DNA of 64,000 bases, taken from the NCBI GenBank assembly GCA_038232275.1, contig JBBSIC010000001.1, forward strand, positions 40,206 to 104,205, given 5' to 3'. The notes under the pieces are model-generated. The model was not told the origin of the DNA. It was given only the letters and a program-made list of their open reading frames with translations, and did not search any database. Positions 8,152-16,634 of this stretch are shown in pieces. Within the stretch, counting starts at the first letter, position 1; the number at the start of each line of letters is the position of its first letter. A program made the translations under genes and the position numbers. This stretch comes from Solirubrobacterales bacterium (lineage in GTDB: Bacteria > Actinomycetota > Thermoleophilia > Solirubrobacterales > Solirubrobacteraceae).

Positions 8152-8853
8152 CTAGGACGCGCGCCGACGGGCGCCGAGGACGATCAGCAGCACGCCGCCG
8201 GCCAGCAGCAGCCCGCCGCCGATCACGATGCCGACGCCGATCGCCGGGAGGCGCGCGACCGTGACGCCGAACCGGGTCCGGGTGATCACGTCCGGAGTCC
8301 CGTCCGCGTTCATGACGACGACGCGGTAGTCCCCGTCGGCGACCTTCCAGCTGATGTCGGCGGACGCCCTGCCGCTGCTCTGGGTGACCCAGAAGGGCTG
8401 GTCGGCGGGCGGCGCCGGGATGGCGCTGCCCGGCCGCGTGGTGCGGTCGAGCGTGAACGGGTCGACGTCGAAGTCCGTCACCTCGTCGACGGCCGCGCCG
8501 GCGAGGTAGCGGTCGACGTCGGCCTTCGGGCCCACGCCGACGAAGACGCCGCGGGAGCCCTCGGCGCCGGCGTCGACCGTCAGCCGCGTGGCGCCGAGGA
8601 CGTCGGTGACGCCGGCGGTGTCGCTGATGGTCGCGACGCCCGACACGAGGGCGCTCGTGGTGGTCGCCACCGGCTGGCGACCGGTGGAGAGGGCGCCGTC
8701 GGTGCCGAAGACGGCGAAGATGGCGCCGCCGCCGATCGCGAGCAGCGCGCCGACGATGGCGATCAGACAGCCGGCGACGATCGCGGCGGGGTGGCCGACC
8801 GAGCGCCTGGGAGCCGCGAGGGCCGGCGGTGCGATGACGGCTGGAGTGCTCAT
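8152..8853 (-). CDS. Hypothetical bitopic membrane protein (N- and C-terminal TM helices, beta-rich middle)
   Basis: I prefer the start MSTPAVIAPP. TM segments are AAIVAGCLIAIVGALLAIGGGAIFAV and AIGVGIVIGGGLLLAGGVLLIVL. It sits directly upstream of the ABC pair on the same strand. Confidence 0.55.
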   Translation of the reverse strand: MSTPAVIAPPALAAPRRSVGHPAAIVAGCLIAIVGALLAIGGGAIFAVFGTDGALSTGRQPVATTTSALVSGVATISDTAGVTDVLGATRLTVDAGAEGSRGVFVGVGPKADVDRYLAGAAVDEVTDFDVDPFTLDRTTRPGSAIPAPPADQPFWVTQSSGRASADISWKVADGDYRVVVMNADGTPDVITRTRFGVTVARLPAIGVGIVIGGGLLLAGGVLLIVLGARRRAS

Positions 8854-9006
8854 GGTCCGCGAAGCTACGGACGGTGCGGCGGTCCGTCGTCGGCCGCCGG
8901 GACCCACGTGCCTCGTCACCCCGGCACCCTGGGTCTCGTCCTTGCGAACTACTCGTGCGACGCCCCTGTCAGCACCTCCGCCCGCGAGGTGGCCCTTCCC
9001 GCATGG

Positions 9007-10347
9007 TCATGCCCCTCCGCGCGCGGGGCACGTGGATCGGACGGTCCACGAGCCGCTGCGAGCGCGTACCGGGAGCTTCTGCGCGCCCGGCGCGGGGCGG
9101 CCGATCCGCACGAGCATCGTGCCCGGGGTGACGGCGTGGGTGAACACATCGAGCGAGCGCAGCCCCAGCCGGTAGGCGACGGCCTGGCGCTCGAACGGCG
9201 TCGTGGCGACGCGGCCACAGGCCCGCAGGCCGGCCTTGCCGCCCGCGAGCGCGATCGCGCGGTCGAGCTGCCCGCCCAGCTCGCGCTCGTCGCGTGCGAG
9301 GCGGACGGCGCCGCTGACGATGATCGCCAGGCTGACGACGACGGCGATCGCGGCCGCGCCGGCCGCCGTCCACGCGAGGACGGGACGAGCGCGGGCGCGC
9401 AGCGCAGCGACGAGGGGCGGCAGTCCGATCCCGGCGAGCACGCACAGCAGCGCCCCGGGCAGGGTCACGTAGCGGATGTTCCCGGTGAAGCCCGTCTCCG
9501 ACATCAGCGCGACCGTGACCATCAGCAGCGTGGAGGCGGCCGCGAGCGCCAGCACGGCGCGGTCGCGCTCGTCGCGACGGTACGCGCGCAGGGTGGCGTA
9601 GACCGCGCCGGCGTAGAGCGGCCAGCACAAAAAGGCGGCCGCGTTGACGAACGTCAGCCCGAACGGGAAGCTCGACTGCGCCGGCGAGCCCGGCACCGGA
9701 TGGCGGGCGCGGGTGACGCCCCGCAGCCAGTCGCCGGTGACGACGTAGTCGGGCGCGAACCACGCCGCCAGCACCGCGACTCCGGCCGCCGCGACGAGCG
9801 CCGCGGTATGCGCGCGCCGCTGCGCGCGCACGAGCCAGAGCCCGTAGAGCGCGAGCAGCGGCCAGACCTCCGGGCGCAGCAGCGCGGCGCAGAGGGCCGC
9901 GCCCAGCGCGAGGTGCCGCCGGCGCGCGAGATGGAGGTCGATCGCGCCGAGCGCGCTCAGCACGAGCAGGCCCTCGGAGTCCCCGCGGAAGCAGTTGTAG
10001 AGGAAGTCGTTGGCGAGGACGAGGCCCAGCGCCGCGACCACGCCGGCGGGGACACCGCCGAGCCGCCGCGCCAGTCGGAAGGTCACCGCGACGGCGAGGA
10101 GCCCGCTCGTGCGCACGACCACCAGCCAGAGCAGCGGCGCGACGGTGTCGCCGGCGGCGGAGAACAGCGTGGTGAAGACGACGGGCAGCGGCTTCCACGA
10201 GGGTCCGCCGATCACGCTCAGCGTGCCGCCGGAGAGCTCGCGCCCCCAGATCAGCCAGGCGGTCGGGTCGAAGGCCGTCTGCCGGAGCAACAGCAGCGAG
10301 GCCGCTGCCGTGGCGAGCGACGCGGCTAGCACCGTCCTGCTGCGCAT
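9007..10347 (-). CDS. Polytopic membrane protein, GT-C-like (putative polyprenyl-phosphate-sugar dependent glycosyltransferase)
   Basis: About 11-12 hydrophobic segments are visible and there is no soluble domain. The N-terminal loop AFDPTAWLIWGRE... fits the general architecture of ArnT/PMT/DUF2029-type proteins. The family assignment is not certain. Confidence 0.55.
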   Translation of the reverse strand: MRSRTVLAASLATAAASLLLLRQTAFDPTAWLIWGRELSGGTLSVIGGPSWKPLPVVFTTLFSAAGDTVAPLLWLVVVRTSGLLAVAVTFRLARRLGGVPAGVVAALGLVLANDFLYNCFRGDSEGLLVLSALGAIDLHLARRRHLALGAALCAALLRPEVWPLLALYGLWLVRAQRRAHTAALVAAAGVAVLAAWFAPDYVVTGDWLRGVTRARHPVPGSPAQSSFPFGLTFVNAAAFLCWPLYAGAVYATLRAYRRDERDRAVLALAAASTLLMVTVALMSETGFTGNIRYVTLPGALLCVLAGIGLPPLVAALRARARPVLAWTAAGAAAIAVVVSLAIIVSGAVRLARDERELGGQLDRAIALAGGKAGLRACGRVATTPFERQAVAYRLGLRSLDVFTHAVTPGTMLVRIGRPAPGAQKLPVRARSGSWTVRSTCPARGGA

Positions 10348-10502
10348 CGGCGCAGACCCTACGAGGGGTCACCGGGACCAGACAGTTGCGTACGCAATTA
10401 CTTCTGCTAGATTGCCGGCATTCGGCGGCAAGGCCTCCACCACATGACGATGATCACGGGGGGAGTACGTGCTCGGCGGGGGTCGAGCGTCGCGGTGACC
10501 TC

Positions 10503-11144
10503 GTGACGCTCGTGCACCGAGAGCGCCCATCCGACGGCGACCCCGCGGGCCTGCTGGTCCTGCACCACGGCCGCGGGGCCGACGAGCACGACCTGCTCGG
10601 CCTCGCGGACGTGCTCGACCCCGAGCGCCGGCTGCACGTGGCGTCCCCGCGCGCGCCGCTCACGGTCCCGGGCTGGCCCGGCCACCACTGGTACCTCGTG
10701 CCGCGCGTCGGCTCCCCGGATCCGCGGACGTTCGACGCCGCCCGCGCCGAGCTTGCCGCCTTCCACGACGAGCTGTTCGAGCGCACCGGGCTGACCGCGG
10801 CGCAGACGGTGCTCGGCGGCTTCTCGATGGGCTCGGTGATGAGCTACGCGATGGCCTTCGAGCCGGGCCGGCCGGGGGTCGCCGGCGTGCTCGCCTTCAG
10901 CGGGTTCATCCCCGCCGTCGACGGCTGGACGCCGGACCTCGAGCCGCGCGCGGACACGCGCGCGTTCATCGCCCACGGCCGCCATGACCAGGTCATCGAC
11001 GTCGAGTTCGCGCGCCGGGCCCGCGCCCAGCTGGAGGCCGCCGGGCTGGAGGTCTCCTACCACGAGGCCGACGCCGCGCATCAGATCGACCCCGCGCACA
11101 TTCCGGCAGCGATCAGCTGGCTGCACGGCACCCTCGGGCTCTGA
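10503..11144 (+). CDS. Phospholipase/carboxylesterase family alpha/beta hydrolase
   Basis: LVLHHGRGADEHDL is present. The nucleophile elbow is GFSMGS. HGRHDQVI and a C-terminal AAHQI give the probable Asp/His. The start is set at GTG 10503; the listed ORF begins at 10386. Confidence 0.8.
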   Translation: MTLVHRERPSDGDPAGLLVLHHGRGADEHDLLGLADVLDPERRLHVASPRAPLTVPGWPGHHWYLVPRVGSPDPRTFDAARAELAAFHDELFERTGLTAAQTVLGGFSMGSVMSYAMAFEPGRPGVAGVLAFSGFIPAVDGWTPDLEPRADTRAFIAHGRHDQVIDVEFARRARAQLEAAGLEVSYHEADAAHQIDPAHIPAAISWLHGTLGL

Positions 11145-11155
11145 GGCCGGCGGTG

Positions 11156-12730
11156 TCAGGCGGGCGGCGGGGGCTGCGTCGGCGCGGGCTGCGCCGGCGC
11201 ACGCTCCGTCGGCGCACGGTCCGTCGGCGGAGGCTGCGCGGGCCCAGCGGAGCGCGGCGCGGCCAGCGCTCCCCCGGCGCCCCCGAGCACGGCGCCGCCC
11301 AGCAGGTACAGCGCGACGACGGATTGGCCGTCGGCCTCGCCGTGGAACGCGCCGCCGGCGAGCGCGGTCGCGATGGCCATGGCGACCGCCCACAGCGGGC
11401 CGGTGATCGCGCCCCAGCCGGCGGCGGCCGGGAGCGTCGCGGCGCCCGCGGCCCGCGCGGCCGTGAAGCCGGCGTAGAGCGCCCCGAGCGCAATCAGGCC
11501 CATCAGCACGATGATCGCCGGCAGGACGACGTACGCGGGCAGCGGCCCGCTGTAGGAGAAGATCCGCAGCCGGCCGTCGGACCCCGGGACCGCCGTCGGG
11601 TCGTCCACCGGGAAGGGCAGGCCCAGCGCCCCCTCGGCGTCGGTCCTGAAGCGGGCGCCGGCCCCGAGCACCGCGAGGTGCACGCTGTGCTCACCGGCGA
11701 AGGCGGCCTCCTCGATCAGCGCGGTCGGGGCCGAGCGGCCGAGGCGCACGTCGTCCACGGCTGACCCGACCTGCGCGAGCCAGCCGATCAGGCCGAGGGC
11801 AGCGAAGATCACCAGCACCACCGCCAGCGGGCGCAGCGCGGCGGCGGTCGCGGCCAGCGCCGTGGCGGCGAGCGGACTCCGCTCGGCTGACGGCGGCAAT
11901 GCGGGAACGACGGCGGCGAGGGCGGCGAGCAGGCCCCACAGCAGGCCGAGTCCGAAGGCGCCGCCGACGTCCACATCACCCAGCACCGCGAGCGCGAGCA
12001 TCAGGAGCGCGAAGAGCGGCGCGGCGGCGGCGGCCCATGCCACTCGGACGAGCGGGCGGGCGTCCGCCGTGCGGTGCAGCTGGCTGCGCACGGCGAGCAC
12101 CATGGCGACGAGCGGGACGGCGACGAGGAGCATGGGCGCGAGCCGCACGCCGACCACGGGCGCCAGCAGCGTGCCGACGGCCTGGCGGAAGCCTTCGGTG
12201 ACGACGTTGGCGTCCGTCCCGAGCTGGCCGAGGATCGACCCGTCCGGGGTGATGGCGGCGATCACGAGGCCGGCGGCCAGCACCCCGACGGCGGCCATCA
12301 GGGCCGCGAGCACGGCGCCGATCATGCCGGGAACGGCGAGCCGCGCCACCAGCAGCTCCGAGAGCTCCCCGGCCTGGGGGTCCACGCGCGCGATCCGCTC
12401 CGTCGCCGCGGGCCGGGACTGCGGCGCCGCGGGGGCGGGCCCCGGCGGCGGGGGTTGCGGCCGGGGCGGGACACGCCCCGGCAGCGGGACGGCGGGCTCC
12501 GGCTCCGGCGGCGGCGGGACGACCGGCTCGGGCGGCGGCGGAGCCGGCTCGGGCTCGGGCGCCGGCTCCGGCAGGGGCGCTGGCGGGACGGGCCCCGGCC
12601 GCGGGGCCGGCGGCGCGGACCCCGGCAGCGCGAAGTCCTCCTGACGGGCACCGCAGGTGGGGCAGAAGCGGGCGCGGTTGGAGATGCGCGTACCGCAGTT
12701 GGCGCAGTGCATGGCGTCGGTGGCTGACAT
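11156..12730 (-). CDS. Zinc-ribbon domain protein with a roughly 100-aa Pro-rich linker and a large polytopic membrane domain
   Basis: The start is MSATDAMHCANCGTRISNRARFCPTCGARQ, a CxxC...CxxC zinc ribbon. It is followed by a PAPEPEPAPPPPEP... linker and about 10 hydrophobic segments. The part of listed ORF 11156..14173 above 12730 is antisense to the vWA gene and I rejected it. Confidence 0.75.
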   Translation of the reverse strand: MSATDAMHCANCGTRISNRARFCPTCGARQEDFALPGSAPPAPRPGPVPPAPLPEPAPEPEPAPPPPEPVVPPPPEPEPAVPLPGRVPPRPQPPPPGPAPAAPQSRPAATERIARVDPQAGELSELLVARLAVPGMIGAVLAALMAAVGVLAAGLVIAAITPDGSILGQLGTDANVVTEGFRQAVGTLLAPVVGVRLAPMLLVAVPLVAMVLAVRSQLHRTADARPLVRVAWAAAAAPLFALLMLALAVLGDVDVGGAFGLGLLWGLLAALAAVVPALPPSAERSPLAATALAATAAALRPLAVVLVIFAALGLIGWLAQVGSAVDDVRLGRSAPTALIEEAAFAGEHSVHLAVLGAGARFRTDAEGALGLPFPVDDPTAVPGSDGRLRIFSYSGPLPAYVVLPAIIVLMGLIALGALYAGFTAARAAGAATLPAAAGWGAITGPLWAVAMAIATALAGGAFHGEADGQSVVALYLLGGAVLGGAGGALAAPRSAGPAQPPPTDRAPTERAPAQPAPTQPPPPA

Positions 12731-12766
12731 CGGTCGGCTGGCCGCAGTTGCTATCACTTCGAGCCG

Positions 12767-14125
12767 ATGGACGCGGCGGCCAGCAGGTGGCGGGCACGCA
12801 TGGTCACCGTGGTGGCCGTGCTGCTGACGATGCCCGCGGCGGCGAGCGCGCAGACCACCGGGCCGCCGAAGATCCTGCTCGCCTTCGACGCCTCGGGGTC
12901 CATGCAGAGCCGCTACGGGTCGGGCGGCCAGGCGAAGATCGACGCTGCGAAGGACGCCGCGGTCGCGCTGCTCGACGAGCTGCCCTCGCAGACCCAGGTC
13001 GGGCTGCGGGTCTTCGGCGGCGGCCGTCCGTCGCGGCCGATCGGGCCGGCCTGCCAGGACTCGCGCCTGGTGCTGCCGATCGGCCCGCTGGACCGCGCCA
13101 ACGCCGATCAGCAGATACGCGCGTTCCGGGCGCGCGGCCGGACGCCGATCACGTTCGCGCTGCGCGCGGCGGCCAAGGATCTCGGCACGAGCGGATCGCG
13201 CACGATCGTGCTGGTCTCCGACGGCAAGGACACCTGCCAACCGCCGGCGCCGTGCGACGTCGCCCGCCAGATCGCCCAGGGCGGCGTGAACCTGCGCATC
13301 CAGGCGATCGGGCTCAACGTGGACCGCGCGGCCCGGCAGGAGCTCAAGTGCATCGCCGCGGCCGGCGGCGGCGTGTACCGCGACGCGGGCGACGCCGCCT
13401 CGCTGCAGGAGGAGCTGCGCACCCTCTCCACCCGGGCGCTGCGCCAGTACATCGCGCGCGGCGCCCCGGTCCGCGGCGGACGCAGCGCCCACGAGGCGAA
13501 GACCCTCCAGCCCGGCCGCTACGTGGACGAGATGCCCGGGGACAGCGAGCGCTGGTACGCGGTCGAGCTGGCCACCGGCGAGACGCTGAAGGCGAGCGCG
13601 TCCTTCATCCCGCCCAACCGCCAGGTCGCGGACAAGGCCGAGTACACGGACTCGAGCATGGACATCGTCACCCCGAGCTTCGACATCCCCGCGAGCCAGA
13701 ACTCCTCCGCCAGCGGCAGTCCCTTCGAGCGGCGCGGCTACGTGGACGGCCTCGGCGTCGTCTCCCGGCCGGTCGGCGTCGGCGCCCAGGCGCAGGACAC
13801 CGAGCCCTTCCACAAGCCCGGTCGCTACTACCTCAAGCTCAAGCTCACCGACGACAGCGCCAAGGACCTGTTCAACGCGATCGGCGGCAAGCCGGTCGAG
13901 CTCGAGCTCTCGGTCGAGGTGCTCGGGCGCAAGGGCGGCTCCCCTCCGGCGCCCAGCGGCAACGGCACCGTCGCCAAGGCGCCGAGCCCACCGCGGCCGG
14001 CGCCCGCGCCGTCCGCGCCGGACGCGCCGCCGAGCGCGCCGCTGCTGGCGCTGATCGGGCTCGGCACGGCCGCGCTCGGCTTCGGGGTGGGCGCCGCGGC
14101 CTGGCGCCGGAGGACTCCGGCGTGA
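12767..14125 (+). CDS. Secreted, C-terminally membrane-anchored von Willebrand factor A (vWA) domain protein
   Basis: It has a signal peptide (...LLTMPAAASAQ) and a MIDAS motif DASGSM, plus ...TPITFAL... and ...VLVSDGKDTC. A beta-rich domain follows, then a Pro-rich stalk and the TM helix LLALIGLGTAALGFGVGAAAW. Confidence 0.85.
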   Translation: MDAAASRWRARMVTVVAVLLTMPAAASAQTTGPPKILLAFDASGSMQSRYGSGGQAKIDAAKDAAVALLDELPSQTQVGLRVFGGGRPSRPIGPACQDSRLVLPIGPLDRANADQQIRAFRARGRTPITFALRAAAKDLGTSGSRTIVLVSDGKDTCQPPAPCDVARQIAQGGVNLRIQAIGLNVDRAARQELKCIAAAGGGVYRDAGDAASLQEELRTLSTRALRQYIARGAPVRGGRSAHEAKTLQPGRYVDEMPGDSERWYAVELATGETLKASASFIPPNRQVADKAEYTDSSMDIVTPSFDIPASQNSSASGSPFERRGYVDGLGVVSRPVGVGAQAQDTEPFHKPGRYYLKLKLTDDSAKDLFNAIGGKPVELELSVEVLGRKGGSPPAPSGNGTVAKAPSPPRPAPAPSAPDAPPSAPLLALIGLGTAALGFGVGAAAWRRRTPA

Positions 14126-14925
14126 CCCGCCGCGCGCTCGCCGCGCTGGTCGTCCCGCTCGCGCTGGCGGCACCGGCCGCCGCCCAGGACAGCGGCAAGC
14201 CGGTCGTCGGCGGCGGCTCGTTCAACACCGCGCCGCTGCTCACCACAGGACGCTTCTCGGACACGGTCGCGGCCGGGGAGACCGTCTACTGGAAGATCCG
14301 CCTGCAGAAGGGCCAGGTGCTCAACGCGACCGTCACCGTCGACACCTCGTCGATCGAGACCGACGCCGGCAAGCCCTCCTACGACTCCGGCCTGGCCAAC
14401 CTCGACTACCGGCTGGACATCCACTCGCCCCTGCGCGAGCCCTACGCGGACGAGAGCGACTACCGCGACGCCTCGGCGGACGTGACCGGGGACAGCGGCG
14501 CCGGCTCGGTCACCGGGACGGCGAGCAGCCCGCGCGTGCTCGGCTACGAGCAGGTCCTCGGGCCGGACTTCACCCCCGACAAGTTCACCGCGCCCGGCGA
14601 GACCTTCGTCTCGCTCAGCGCCGCCGACTCCGACTTCGACCCCGCCGGCGTCCCCGCCGAGCTGCCGATCGACCTCGAGCTGCGCATCGACGGCGCCCCG
14701 CAGCCCTCGTCGCCGGACTTCGCCGCGAGCCTGCCCAAGGCGCAGCCGTCGCCGCCCGAGCACGACACCACCGGCTCGACCCAGACGGCGCCGGCCGTGC
14801 TGGGCGACTCGGGCGAGGGCGACGCGACGGTCACGATCCTCCTGGTCGCCGGGCTCGCCCTGCTCGGCGGCCTGCTGTTGGGCGTGCTCGGCGTGCTCGT
14901 GCTGCGCGGGCGCCGGCGCGGCTAG
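14122..14925 (+). CDS. Secreted, C-terminally anchored protein paralogous to the post-vWA domain of the upstream gene
   Basis: GTG 14122 overlaps the upstream TGA (GTGA). The signal peptide is ALVVPLALAAPAAAQ. GRFSDTVAAGETVYWKIRLQKGQVLNATV resembles GRYVDEMPGDSERWYAVELATGETLKASA in the vWA protein. The C-terminal TM is ILLVAGLALLGGLLLGVLGVLVL. Confidence 0.7.
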   Translation: MTRRALAALVVPLALAAPAAAQDSGKPVVGGGSFNTAPLLTTGRFSDTVAAGETVYWKIRLQKGQVLNATVTVDTSSIETDAGKPSYDSGLANLDYRLDIHSPLREPYADESDYRDASADVTGDSGAGSVTGTASSPRVLGYEQVLGPDFTPDKFTAPGETFVSLSAADSDFDPAGVPAELPIDLELRIDGAPQPSSPDFAASLPKAQPSPPEHDTTGSTQTAPAVLGDSGEGDATVTILLVAGLALLGGLLLGVLGVLVLRGRRRG

Positions 14926-14938
14926 TCTCGTCCGCCGC

Positions 14939-15258
14939 GTGACGACCCCCGAGCCCGAGCTCCACTACGAACTGCACCTCCTGCCCCCGGCCGGGTCCCC
15001 TTTCGCCGCTGGCGCTGGGAGCTGTGGCACGGCCCGCAGCTGGAGGCGACCGGCTGGCGGACCAGCGAGGGCCAGGCAGGGCGGGCGCTGCGCGCGCACG
15101 CGGCGCGTGTCGCGCACGGGCTGCACGGCCTGCATCTGCTGCGCCCGGAGGCGGCCGTCGTGCCGGGCGGCTTCCGCGCCGGCGCCGTTGCGCGCGTGGA
15201 GTGCGGCGCGGTGAGCTGCCGGCTCGTGCCGCGCGCGCTCGCCGCCGACGCCGCGTGA
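14939..15258 (+). CDS. Small hypothetical ORF that needs a -1 frame change at 14998-15004 (frameshifted, programmed or indel)
   Basis: The zero frame from GTG 14939 gives MTTPEPELHYELHLLPPAGSPF with G/C at 20 of 22 third positions. After that, the -1 frame gives protein-like RRWRWELWHGPQLEATGWRTSEGQAGRAL...VPRALAADAA* (TGA 15256-15258). The zero frame becomes R/C/A-rich junk. Confidence 0.35.
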
Positions 15259-15270
15259 CTGCCGGCCACG

Positions 15271-15308
15271 GCGCGCGTAATGGGGGTCAGGACCCCCATT
15301 GAGCGCGT
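15271..15308. terminator. Perfect 10-bp-stem hairpin between convergent genes; copy A of a recurring motif
   Basis: GCGCGCGT-AATGGGGGTC-ag-GACCCCCATT-GAGCGCGT lies between stop 15258 (+) and stop 15343 (-). Its core TAATGGGGGnCAnGACCCC recurs at 55258-55277. Confidence 0.5.
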
Positions 15309-15342
15309 GCTCGCGCCCGCCCCGGCGTCGGCCGCCGCCGGG

Positions 15343-16605
15343 CTACGAGCCCCGCTTCGGCGCCTCGAGGCCGATGCGGCGCGCCAGCGCCCAGAGCAGC
15401 GGCAGGCCCGGGTGCAGCACCGGCTTGCCGCTCGTGATCAGGCCGACGGAGAGTCCACGCGCGGGGTCCGCCCAGCCGAGGATGTTGGTGAAGCCAAGGT
15501 GGCCGAACGCCTCGTCGGTGTCCGGTCCGAACAGGCTCAGCGTGTCGGCGCCGAGCATGAAGCCGGCCGAGTGACGCATCGGGGCGGCGAGCGTGAGGTC
15601 AAACTCGCGGTAGGCGCGCTCGACCATCGCGCGGCGGACCGTGCGGCCCTCCATGATGCGCACGCCGTCGAGCTCGCCCTCGCAGCGCAGCAGCTCAAAA
15701 AAGCGCGAGAGCTCCTCGGCGGTCGTGACGATGTTGGAGGCCGGGATGACCGCCGTCAGGATGCGCGGGTCGTTGGAGCGCCGCGTGAGCTCGTCCGGGT
15801 GCATGCCCAGGGCGCGGTCGAGCACCGTCGAGATGGGCGGCAGCGGCAGCGGGCCGGTCACGTAGGCGTGCCCGACCGCGTCGAGCCGGTCCTCAGGGAC
15901 GCCGTAGTTGCCCCAGGTGAAGCCCAGCGGGTCGAGGATCTCCTCCCGCAGGACCTGGCGCACGTCCTTGCCCGTCAGGCGCTCGACGATCTCGGCGATG
16001 ATGAACCCGCCCGAGACGGCGTGGTAGGCCAGCAGCCGGCCGGGCCGGGTGCGCGGCTTGGCCTGGCACATGACGTCGAGCAGGTACTGGCGGTCGCCGA
16101 GGTGGTCGAAGTCCAGCGCCTCCCGCGGGAGGTTGGCGACGCCCGCACGGTGCGAGAGGACGTGCTCGATCGTGATGGCGTCCTTGCCGTGCCCGGTGTA
16201 CTCGGGGATGTACTCGCAGACGCGGTCGGCGATGTGCAGCAGCCCGCGGTCGTCGAGCAGGTGCGCCACCGTGGCCGTCATGGCCTTGGAGGCCGAGAAG
16301 ATGACGAAGGGCGTCTCGGGGGTCGCGAGGACCTTCGGGTCCATGCGCGACCAGCCGATGGCGCGGTCGAGGACGACCCGCCCCTCGCGCCGGACGCACA
16401 GGCCGATGGCCGGATAGAAGCCGGAGCGGTAGAGCTGCTGCGCGGAGTGCCAGATGCGCTCGACGCCGTCCGCGGTCATCCCGGCGCCGCGGGGATCCTG
16501 CTCGGCCTCGGAGATCGCGGTGATCGCCTCCAGATCGCGCGGCACCCGGATGCGGCGCAACGGATCCGGCACGAAGGGCAGGCGGGGCACCGAGAGGGTG
16601 GGCAT
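15343..16605 (-). CDS. Beta-lactamase-related serine hydrolase (class C / EstB-like family)
   Basis: An S-x-x-K motif sits in VIFSASKAMTATV. The length (420 aa) and sequence style fit PBP4*/esterase-type serine hydrolases. Confidence 0.8.
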   Translation of the reverse strand: MPTLSVPRLPFVPDPLRRIRVPRDLEAITAISEAEQDPRGAGMTADGVERIWHSAQQLYRSGFYPAIGLCVRREGRVVLDRAIGWSRMDPKVLATPETPFVIFSASKAMTATVAHLLDDRGLLHIADRVCEYIPEYTGHGKDAITIEHVLSHRAGVANLPREALDFDHLGDRQYLLDVMCQAKPRTRPGRLLAYHAVSGGFIIAEIVERLTGKDVRQVLREEILDPLGFTWGNYGVPEDRLDAVGHAYVTGPLPLPPISTVLDRALGMHPDELTRRSNDPRILTAVIPASNIVTTAEELSRFFELLRCEGELDGVRIMEGRTVRRAMVERAYREFDLTLAAPMRHSAGFMLGADTLSLFGPDTDEAFGHLGFTNILGWADPARGLSVGLITSGKPVLHPGLPLLWALARRIGLEAPKRGS

Positions 16606-16634
16606 CGGCCGGGAACCTAGTCCCTGGGACTCGA

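Noticed and set aside
7540-10329. A 929-aa ORF on the plus strand, plus similar giant ORFs: 26390..30982 (1530 aa), 41079..43706, 41579..45013 (N-terminal two thirds), 38282..41377 (upper part) and 11156..14173 (upper part).
   Set aside because: The translations are Arg/Ala/Gly/Pro/Asp-rich with no recognisable motifs. They run antisense or out of frame to genes with clear family signatures. Open frames like these are expected in DNA of about 70% GC because stop codons are AT-rich.
12400-12620. Short periodic nucleotide repeats (ccggctc/gggctcgg...), which I considered as a tandem repeat or CRISPR-like array.
   Set aside because: They are the coding sequence of the PEP/PAP proline-rich linker of the zinc-ribbon membrane protein. 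There is no regular repeat-spacer structure and there are no cas genes.
12767-14925. The vWA genes as part of a phage-defence or TerY-type/ternary vWA conflict system.
   Set aside because: No kinase, phosphatase, MoxR/AAA ATPase or effector partner is adjacent. Both proteins carry signal peptides and C-terminal anchors, which indicates extracytoplasmic display rather than cytoplasmic sensing.
14939-15214. The zero-frame 91-aa product of the small ORF, taken as the real protein without any frameshift.
   Set aside because: After residue 22 the zero frame becomes Arg/Cys/Ala-rich (…CGTARSWRRPAGGPARARQGGRCARTRR…), while the -1 frame is compositionally protein-like. I kept it only as the frameshift hypothesis, at low confidence.
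15280-16620. An ORF starting at the ATG inside the hairpin (MGVRTPIE...), with a matching MGAMTPTT micro-ORF in copy B at 55260. I considered these a conserved small peptide.
   Set aside because: The ATG is part of the hairpin stem (TAATGGGGG). The long ORF is antisense to the serine hydrolase gene and looks like junk. The peptide similarity simply follows from the nucleotide repeat.
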